DNA of 64,000 nucleotides from a virus. Below are positions 47,244 through 53,258 of this stretch, in pieces; positions within the stretch are counted from its first letter, which is position 1; each line of letters opens with the position of its first letter. The translations under genes and the position numbers were made by a program. The notes under the pieces are model-generated. The model was not told the origin of the DNA and did not search any database. It was given only the letters and a program-made list of their open reading frames with translations. The DNA is taken from IMG/VR virus record IMGVR_UViG_3300009788_000088, one strand, 5' to 3'.

Positions 47244-47457
47244 CGTGATAGTGTGCCGGATTCTCACCGGGGAGCATCGCCTATTTAAGTAATTGCCGTC
47301 TACCGTATGGTCACCGACAGCACTTCGGCTCTGGGCCGGGATAGCTCTCCAATTTATTTAATTTTGGTGGAACACTGAGCGCTCTTAATATGTGCGATGA
47401 AAGCAGAGCAAGCACCGCAAGCCATTTTTATTCGCTCCATGGCTCCACACTATCACG
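47244..47457 (-). ncRNA. Structured ncRNA candidate E1 (about 214 nt)
   Basis: 12-bp terminal stem CGTGATAGTGTG/CACACTATCACG, with a T-loop-like hairpin CCGG-TGAGAAT-CCGG next to the 3' strand. Confidence 0.7.
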
Positions 47458-47479
47458 GGACATCCAAAGACGCCCCATT

Positions 47480-47707
47480 TTACAGAGTGACACCTTGCTT
47501 CACAAGATAATCACCCAACGGCTTACCTTTCTTATCCAACCAGTCAACGACTCGTTGGCGAATCCTTTCCTTGCGGGTGGCGGCCATACGGCGGCCACCG
47601 TTCAAGTCAGCAAGAAGTTCTTCACTGAAGCCCTCTTCGATATGCTTGAACTTGGTAAGGATATAGGCATTGGCAAGCTGTTTGTCTGTTGCACCTTTTT
47701 CAGACAT
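47480..47707 (-). CDS. Hypothetical protein
   Basis: AGGAGG RBS. Confidence 0.6.
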   Translation of the reverse strand: MSEKGATDKQLANAYILTKFKHIEEGFSEELLADLNGGRRMAATRKERIRQRVVDWLDKKGKPLGDYLVKQGVTL

Positions 47708-47733
47708 GATACTACCTCCTAATGAAAGGGGGT

Positions 47734-48138
47734 TTAGTTTCCCCCCATTGGTAAGGAAGGGTCGCTCTCCTTATCATCAGGATTGGAGTTCTGGTTTCCA
47801 CCCTCCTCATTACCCTCTCCGGGAAGATTTTCACTCCCAGTCGGTTCCGTGGATTCTTCTTCCTCTGGGGGTGAAAGCACTTCATCTTCCCGTGCTTTCT
47901 CATACGTTTTCATGAAAAAATTCACCTGACCCAAAGGCCGTTCAATTGCCTTGCGGACGTGATGGGGCAAAACCTCACCAAATCCTGTGACAGCCTCAAC
48001 TGTCTCTGCAAGAGCTTCCGTAATGTTTGCAAGAGCTACCACCTTTAATTCAGTGTTCTCTTCCAGAACATCATCCACCAACTGCTTCACTTGCTCCATG
48101 ATATTTTCCTCCTTGTTAAGAGCATAATAATGTTTCAT
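47734..48138 (-). CDS. Hypothetical protein with an acidic tail
   Basis: RBS present; directly downstream of the tmRNA. Confidence 0.6.
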   Translation of the reverse strand: MKHYYALNKEENIMEQVKQLVDDVLEENTELKVVALANITEALAETVEAVTGFGEVLPHHVRKAIERPLGQVNFFMKTYEKAREDEVLSPPEEEESTEPTGSENLPGEGNEEGGNQNSNPDDKESDPSLPMGGN

Positions 48139-48159
48139 GACTAAACTTCACCTCCTATT

Positions 48160-48470
48160 GGATAATAAGGAAGGAGGCCCAACCCCGTAGCCACCTAAGC
48201 GGCCATTTCTACAGGTGCGTTGGCACTTGTAAGAGTGGGCTTGATTAACGTGGGCCAGCCCACCCACGGGTCTTCCAGCATACCTCATCCGCCATGTCGA
48301 AACCATTTCACCCCCACCCCTCCATATCCCGGAAGTCTTATTGAGTCTCCGCTAATGAGGCGTCAGCGTCTCACTAGGATACAGAGGGGTGGAGGTGCTG
48401 AGAATCGAACTCAGGTCCACAACGTTTCAGTATACCTTCTGTGGCCGAAGCCACGGCGACCAACATTGAT
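48160..48470 (-). ncRNA. ssrA: Circularly permuted (two-piece) tmRNA, tag (A)ANAPVEMAA*
   Basis: Acceptor piece ...GGACCTGAGTTCGATTCTCAGCACCTCCACC (ends about 48388) lies upstream of the coding piece GGGGGTGAAATGGTTTCGAC (starts 48315); G3:U70 pair; tag frame 48224-48195; outer ends approximate. Confidence 0.88.
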
Positions 48471-48507
48471 TGAATGTCTACTGCATAGACATTCATGAGG
48501 TAAATCC

Positions 48508-48666
48508 GAATCCATGTAGGCTTCTCCAGCGAAACTGAAGGAAGCAAAAGTTAGCATCTTTTTTAACAGGCCCAGCTTCCAACCCCCTGCTATTGTTTAG
48601 GACGGCCTACAACAAAGCGCCTTATTGTAGGATAGTATTGCTCCGCTGGAGAGCCTACATGGATTC
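48508..48666 (-). ncRNA. Structured ncRNA candidate E2 (159 nt)
   Basis: 23-bp terminal stem with one bulge (GAATCCATGTAGGCTCTCCAGCG) enclosing two hairpins. Confidence 0.7.
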
Positions 48667-48671
48667 AAAAA

Positions 48672-48802
48672 CGGTGGGAGGTGGGGTTCGAACCCACATT
48701 AGCAAAATGGCCAACCCTTACTTCCTATTCCAGAGACACTCCTTTCATGACAGTAATTTGCTGTCCCTACTCTCAGTATCCCACTTTTTGGATGACTCCC
48801 AC
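48672..48802 (-). ncRNA. Expanded tRNA-like RNA E3 (about 130 nt)
   Basis: Acceptor GTGGGAG/CTCCCAC, T-arm GTGGG-TTCGAAC-CCCAC, D-like ATCC/GGAT; branched region in place of the anticodon arm; no encoded CCA. Confidence 0.75.
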
Positions 48803-48812
48803 ATAAATTAAA

Positions 48813-48934
48813 TTCAAAGTTGGTTACCAGCACTGGCCTTCTGTCTCTTTAGGCTAGAAGGTGCACTCAGATAAGGTGGGAAGCTATCCCACTAACCGGC
48901 TTAACCCTGCCCTCAGTTAGAAACCAACTCTGAA
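48813..48934 (-). ncRNA. Structured ncRNA candidate E4 (122 nt)
   Basis: 13-bp terminal stem TTCAGAGTTGGTT/AACCAACTTTGAA (G:U on the minus strand) with internal hairpins. Confidence 0.65.
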
Positions 48935-48937
48935 ACT

Positions 48938-49023
48938 TGGTGGCGGGAGTCGGATTTGAACCGACGTTACCTTTCGGTGCTGGGATATGAACCCAGTGAG
49001 TTTGACCACTACTCTATCCCGCT
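48938..49023 (-). tRNA. Initiator tRNA-fMet(CAT) with a long variable arm
   Basis: A1xC72 mismatch; GGG/CCC in the anticodon stem (CTGGG-TTCATAT-CCCAG); extra arm ACC-GAAA-GGT; ACCA. Confidence 0.85.
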
Positions 49024-49032
49024 ATAAAACGG

Positions 49033-49145
49033 TGTTCCTGTATGACTCTAAGGTAGCTTGTCATCAGCCATGCATAGCCTTTGATAGCAGACCCCTAAGT
49101 GCCTTACGGTTCCGGTGGACCCGATATATCCTTAGTACAGGAACA
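49033..49145 (-). ncRNA. Structured ncRNA candidate E5 (113 nt)
   Basis: 10-bp terminal stem TGTTCCTGTA/TACAGGAACA. Confidence 0.6.
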
Positions 49146-49149
49146 TAAT

Positions 49150-49270
49150 TGGCTGGGCCGACAGTGGGTGGCATATAGCTCCGCTCTCCAGCATTCCGTT
49201 GTGGTGGCCTTACCACTCGGTTTTCTACTTTCGACAATCAGCTTCAAACTGATTGCTCTGTCCAGCCCCA
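49150..49270 (-). ncRNA. Structured ncRNA candidate E6 (about 120 nt, ends in GCCA)
   Basis: Terminal GGGCTGGACAG/CTGTCGGCCC pairing; internal hairpin CAATCAG-tttgaag-CTGATTG. Confidence 0.6.
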
Positions 49271-49280
49271 TAACTTTTAT

Positions 49281-49663
49281 GGAAACCAAGAACTGGTCGG
49301 AGGAACATTCTGGGATTGTTCCCATGCTCTTCTTAGATTTGTGTTTTCCGCCACGATTCAAGGTCTTGTTCCGGGATGGCCATCCCATACTAAAGCACCC
49401 CTACTGGCAAGATCGAAACTTGCACCCCCCGGCACACCCAGTGATATATCATATCGACTGTTTACGAAGGGACCAGACTACTAAGTCTCCAGCCTTGAGA
49501 TGAACTTGAGAGACCGTTCGTTGTGCGTTACACTCTTCAGAGATTCGCTTGCGGCCGGATAACCCAAGGCGGCGCAGTCCCCGCAGTTCCCTACAAAGAC
49601 CCTACCAGCCCACATTACACCCTGTGCGGGATGCATTCTGTCACCGACCAGTTCTTGGCTTCC
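49281..49663 (-). ncRNA. Large structured ncRNA candidate E7 (383 nt)
   Basis: 20-bp terminal stem GGAAGCCAAGAACTGGTCGG/CCGACCAGTTCTTGGTTTCC; many internal hairpins, including the T-loop-like GCAAG-TTTCGAT-CTTGC. Confidence 0.75.
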
Positions 49664-49679
49664 TAACATTCTTTCCATT

Positions 49680-49799
49680 CCTACCATGTAAAGACCCGAC
49701 CTCCCGTGGGAATCCAGCGGGTTGCTACAGCCCTTCAAACGCCGTCTCGTTATGCGTACTGCCCACGATAGCAAAGAAGTGGGGTCTTTACATGGTAGG
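49680..49799 (-). ncRNA. Structured ncRNA candidate E8 (120 nt)
   Basis: Perfect 18-bp terminal stem CCTACCATGTAAAGACCC; nested CGTGGG/CCCACG; starts 1 nt after the tRNA-Cys CCA. Confidence 0.7.
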
Positions 49800-49800
49800 G

Positions 49801-49874
49801 TGGACACGGCGGGGAGAATTGAACTCCCTTATCTGGATTTGCAATCCAGCGCCTAACCGATTGGCTACACCGTG
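49801..49874 (-). tRNA. tRNA-Cys(GCA)
   Basis: CTGGA-TTGCAAA-TCCAG; U73; CCA. Confidence 0.92.
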
Positions 49875-49943
49875 TTGCCAGAACTCCATACTACTCTTTA
49901 GTTTTCAAAGATCAATGCTACAATACAAATATAACTATTTTTC

Positions 49944-50243
49944 TTAAGATGTCAAGTCTAAAAGTTCTATTAATTTTTCGTTCGCTTCCTTGATGATTTC
50001 AGCCATTTCATCGTCTATATCTTCTGTGTAAGCAGACACTCTAAAATCCTTCGGCCAGAATTTTCCGCCGAATCCCAACCATCCTTGGAACCTCCACTCG
50101 TTGGTTGGTTCGAATCTTCCCATCTCATGAACGAATGCGGAACGTTCGCTGGACCTTGCTCCACAGACTTCAACCAAAATGGTATAAATCTGATTGGCAA
50201 ACGTTTCGTTCAATCCCATATCAAGATGTTTCGGTATTTTCAT
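49944..50243 (-). CDS. Phage hypothetical protein
   Basis: Start MKIPKH with an AAGGAG RBS; EWRFQGWLGFGGKFW motif. Confidence 0.65.
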   Translation of the reverse strand: MKIPKHLDMGLNETFANQIYTILVEVCGARSSERSAFVHEMGRFEPTNEWRFQGWLGFGGKFWPKDFRVSAYTEDIDDEMAEIIKEANEKLIELLDLTS

Positions 50244-50250
50244 CACATCT

Positions 50251-50380
50251 CCTTGGCGACTGGGAAGCGGCCATGCCGCCGTCAAAATAAATGGGTCATA
50301 TTGTGATCCAAATATCGGTCTTAATTGGGTCACCGACCTAAACTCACGTGGGGCCGTTGGCCGCTTCCCTTAGTCTCAGG
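50251..50380 (-). ncRNA. Structured ncRNA candidate E9 (about 130 nt)
   Basis: Terminal stem GACT-aa-GGGAAGCGGCCA/TGGCCGCTTCCC-AGTC; followed by GCCA. Confidence 0.6.
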
Positions 50381-50461
50381 CTTCATTTATACCACAAAAC
50401 GGCCACTTTGTTATAACTTATTTCAATTTAACTCCACTTTCACGTCAGAGTGGAGTTAAAT

Positions 50462-50535
50462 TGGAAGACCCATCTGGGGTCGAACCAGAACTAGAAGGTC
50501 CAAAACCTTCCGTGCTACCCTTACACCATAGGTCT
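50462..50535 (-). tRNA. tRNA-Gln(TTG)
   Basis: GAAGG-TTTTGGA-CCTTC; CCA. Confidence 0.9.
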
Positions 50536-50613
50536 ATATGCCGCAGTGTCTCATCCCCAGAGCCTTCCCGCTCTTCCCTAACACCACATGACCCGAAGGC
50601 TTCCACCCAAAAT

Positions 50614-50688
50614 TGGCTCCGGGAGTAGGATTTGAACCTACAACGACCCGCTTAACAGGCGGGGGCTCTACCGTTGAGCTATCCCGGA
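50614..50688 (-). tRNA. tRNA-Asn(GTT)
   Basis: CCCGC-CTGTTAA-GCGGG; GCCA. Confidence 0.95.
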
Positions 50689-50844
50689 ATACTTTTTAAG
50701 TTTAACTATTTGTCTGTCAAAGTCAAGTAAAATGTTTTCAGTTCTAGCGGCCCATTTATCCATTCCAACTTGTCTCATACATTTGATAGCCGCTTTCAGA
50801 TGGTCACGGGCTTCGAATACTGGATTCTTATTTTTCTTGAACAT
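50668..50844 (-). CDS. Small hypothetical protein
   Basis: Start MFKKNK with a GGAGGT RBS; the 3' end overlaps tRNA-Asn. Confidence 0.45.
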   Translation of the reverse strand: MFKKNKNPVFEARDHLKAAIKCMRQVGMDKWAARTENILLDFDRQIVKLKKYSGIAQR

Positions 50845-50857
50845 GACACTACCTCCA

Positions 50858-50895
50858 TAAAAAAGGGCCACCGTACTCATGGTAGGGTGGCCCTT
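50858..50895 (-). terminator. Intrinsic terminator-like hairpin
   Basis: AAGGGCCACC...GGTGGCCCTT followed by a T-run. Confidence 0.65.
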
Positions 50896-51001
50896 AGCAT
50901 ACAAAGATAGGCGCAAAATTATCCGCTAAGGACGCCCCTTTCGTTGCCCTGTTGAATATTGAGAAAATACCAATGTCGAAAACTTTTATCACTCATGTAA
51001 G

Positions 51002-51009
51002 TATTTATA
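51002..51009 (-). promoter_or_regulatory. T4-type late promoter at the head of the tRNA/ncRNA region
   Basis: TATAAATACTT. Confidence 0.7.
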
Positions 51010-51015
51010 AGACTT

Positions 51016-51318
51016 TTAGTCTTTTCCCATCAGAACATTGAAAATTTCTCCGAAGCTCTGGGCCTCAGCCGTGTATTTGGCCGTATCTTTCACGTACTTG
51101 TAGTAAGACGTGATAGCTTTGCGGATAGCGGATTTACTGAACCCTGTAGTTAATTCAGCTTCTTCGATAAAGCGTTTGATTTCAGAATCGATGTCTTTCT
51201 TCTCATCCATGAGAGCCATAACGGAACGTGCCGCATGGTTCAAATTTTTCTGACGAGAATTGATATCAACATCTATACTCAGAACATTATCCTGTCCGGC
51301 GGTTGCGGTTGATTTCAC
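51016..51318 (-). CDS. T4 DsbA/GapR-like dsDNA-binding protein
   Basis: LMDEKKDIDSEIKRFIEEA...GFSKSAIRKAI helical pattern. Confidence 0.6.
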   Translation of the reverse strand: MKSTATAGQDNVLSIDVDINSRQKNLNHAARSVMALMDEKKDIDSEIKRFIEEAELTTGFSKSAIRKAITSYYKYVKDTAKYTAEAQSFGEIFNVLMGKD

Positions 51319-51349
51319 GATACCCTCCTATTGAATAAATGGAGCGGTT

Positions 51350-51709
51350 TTACTTTCCGGGGTCTGGCTTAGGAGTTTCGTTTTTCCCGGCGGGGCTGGG
51401 AACTGGCGCTGGCGCTGGCGGAACTGGCGCTGGCGCTGGCGGAACTGATCGACGAACTTCTTGTTGAGCCTTTTGTGCCGCCTGAATCTGTCCTATAAGA
51501 CCATTATATTGCCCCGTGGCTCTGGTGGCCTCCTGTGTCCTTAAGATGGCAATGTTCCGGGTGGATTGAAGTTCCACCTTCATAACTCCAATGGTGTTCT
51601 TCTGAAGCTTAACTTGCCCCCACAACCCCACGTTCATGAACACCGAGAGACACAGTATGGCGATTACCACCACCAAAAAAATGTATACACCTGATTCATA
51701 GTCTTCCAT
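51350..51709 (-). CDS. Membrane-anchored coiled-coil protein with a Pro-rich tail (possible i-spanin-like protein)
   Basis: N-terminal transmembrane helix, coiled coil, and PPAPAPV repeats from a 21-nt tandem repeat. Confidence 0.5.
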   Translation of the reverse strand: MEDYESGVYIFLVVVIAILCLSVFMNVGLWGQVKLQKNTIGVMKVELQSTRNIAILRTQEATRATGQYNGLIGQIQAAQKAQQEVRRSVPPAPAPVPPAPAPVPSPAGKNETPKPDPGK

Positions 51710-51739
51710 TCCATACCTCCATATCGATTAATTCATTTA

Positions 51740-52297
51740 TTATAACACAAACCCCTTTGGTTTGTTACGAATAAAATATACCCCCATAAGATAAGCATCC
51801 GCAAGATCATAAACTATTTGTGGTGGCTTCTTCATAGCGGCGTACATATTAAACTCTTGTTGAATCCATGTAGGGAGAATCCTGAACGCCTCCTTCTTCA
51901 AAGGGTCCGTCTCATCCGTAGCTTTCAATTCCCGTGTCCGTGCGGCGGAAACAAACTCCTTACGCCATTGACTGGCCGGATACACGAAATTGGGTGTCCC
52001 AAAAGTGAAGCTCAAAGACGCCCGAATGAACCAATGATTCCCCACCAACAGGTCAGCGTTCTTCCCCTTGAACTTGGAAAAGGCTAACCCCTCAATGATA
52101 AAGGCTACAACGTTGCCCGGAAGAGTGCTGATGAAATCCAACATATTCCTGAAGTTCGCTATCAGGAGTTCTTCCCCTTCACCTTCATTATCGATGGTTC
52201 GAAAGTCAATTAAATTGGCCCACTCATCATCCACAGGAGCGAGAGCTACAATTCCGCTTGACCTCAGTGATAAATCACATGATACAACAATGTTCAT
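51740..52297 (-). CDS. RuvC-like Holliday junction resolvase
   Basis: DLSLRSSG, IIEG, W(R)K and DLADA motifs. Confidence 0.8.
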   Translation of the reverse strand: MNIVVSCDLSLRSSGIVALAPVDDEWANLIDFRTIDNEGEGEELLIANFRNMLDFISTLPGNVVAFIIEGLAFSKFKGKNADLLVGNHWFIRASLSFTFGTPNFVYPASQWRKEFVSAARTRELKATDETDPLKKEAFRILPTWIQQEFNMYAAMKKPPQIVYDLADAYLMGVYFIRNKPKGFVL

Positions 52298-52308
52298 AAC
52301 CTAACCAT

Positions 52309-52956
52309 TTATAAAAGAACATGGCCCGGATGACCGTATCGAAGCTCATTAATAATCGAGTGAGTCACTTCCTTTGTTTCATCAATAGAGGTCTGCATAG
52401 CATGACCATAATCCAAAACATAGTCCCAGTTACGGTACTCCCACATGTCTACCTCAGAAGCGTGTGCGTTCTCCACTGGAACAACACGAGGACGTGGGTC
52501 CGTAAAAATCAATATTCCACCCAACTCGTTTTTAATAGCAACGAATTCATCATTGAACCGAACATCTGGACAGAATATAATTCTGTTCTCTCCCAACCGC
52601 TTGTTTTCCTCTATGAGATTGGAACATGTCAGATAAAACTTATCAACCCATATACGGATTTTGAACTCGGTATGCAGAACACCGTCCCGGAACATTTCAG
52701 TTCCTACTTTCTGGAGAGCCACACGTGGGGAGATTCCCCAGTATGGGTCCACAGTCTCCTTATACTCATAATCAGAATCCATACGTTCCCGGTCCCAACC
52801 AAACAGGTTGGCCACTAAGTCCTTGAGAGGATCAGCAAAGCGGATAGTTGTGGTCCTTATCCCAGCCTCATGGAATATCTTCTCCATGATACCTTTAGCC
52901 ATATCCTTTCCCCCCAACTTGGCGGATGAAAGTCCAATAACAATTTGTTTATTCAT
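52309..52956 (-). CDS. Deoxynucleoside monophosphate kinase (gp1-like)
   Basis: GGKD, FADPLK, PRVALQKVGTE, DVRFNDE and HASE motifs. Confidence 0.92.
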   Translation of the reverse strand: MNKQIVIGLSSAKLGGKDMAKGIMEKIFHEAGIRTTTIRFADPLKDLVANLFGWDRERMDSDYEYKETVDPYWGISPRVALQKVGTEMFRDGVLHTEFKIRIWVDKFYLTCSNLIEENKRLGENRIIFCPDVRFNDEFVAIKNELGGILIFTDPRPRVVPVENAHASEVDMWEYRNWDYVLDYGHAMQTSIDETKEVTHSIINELRYGHPGHVLL

Positions 52957-52972
52957 TTTTTAGTAACCTTTC

Positions 52973-53257
52973 TCAACCTTTCACTTCTGCCAGCATCTCC
53001 AGACGATCAAGGATCATCCATGAGAAGTTTCCAATATCGAATACCAGTTTTCGGGCAAGAACCAGATCGTTATTTTCCATAGCGTTCTCAAAAAAGAGCA
53101 TCTTCTCCCGGAGTTGCTCATAAAGATAGAATGGAGATTCGCCCGTCCATGGGCGTTTCTCGTTGTGTTTCTCTATGAGACGTTCCAACATTCCAGCACT
53201 ATATTGATCCAAAAACTTACCGTAAAATGCCGTTTTTTGTTTAATGGTCATAGTCAC
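52973..53257 (-). CDS. Hypothetical protein (possible MazG-like helical fold)
   Basis: DIGNFSWMILD motif. Confidence 0.5.
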   Translation of the reverse strand: MTMTIKQKTAFYGKFLDQYSAGMLERLIEKHNEKRPWTGESPFYLYEQLREKMLFFENAMENNDLVLARKLVFDIGNFSWMILDRLEMLAEVKG

Positions 53258-53258
53258 T

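Noticed and set aside
47256-47272. Cobalamin riboswitch (CCGGTGAGAATCCGG resembles its T-loop hairpin)
   Set aside because: The upstream AGGGAA and downstream CCC-GC-ACTGT and B12-box elements are absent, and it precedes a tRNA rather than a B12-related gene.
48530-48550. SRP RNA (plus-strand GAAGGAAGCA)
   Set aside because: The helix-8 5' strand (CAGG-x-CC-GNRA) is missing and the match is on the strand opposite to local transcription.
48508-48666. Functional retron
   Set aside because: There is no reverse transcriptase in the window; the resemblance is topological only.
49281-49663. RNase P RNA or group I intron
   Set aside because: The size fits, but I could not find the conserved P4 or P7 core sequences by eye; cmscan is needed to exclude a divergent member.
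48220-49947. ORFs 48220-48498, 48593-48811, 49099-49503, 49104-49388, 49481-49807 and 49549-49947
   Set aside because: They overlap the tmRNA, tRNAs or structured RNA units, have non-protein-like composition and lack a convincing RBS.
47244-50380. CRISPR or mini-CRISPR array as an explanation of the repeats
   Set aside because: The repeats are unit-specific inverted repeats, not recurring direct repeats with spacers, and no cas genes are present.
50540-50613. tRNA-associated HDV-like (theta) ribozyme after tRNA-Asn
   Set aside because: I could not build the nested double pseudoknot; only an AGCCTTC/GAAGGCT stem is visible.
51399-51447. 21-nt tandem repeat as a regulatory or mobile element
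   Set aside because: It is in frame and simply encodes a PPAPAPV linker.
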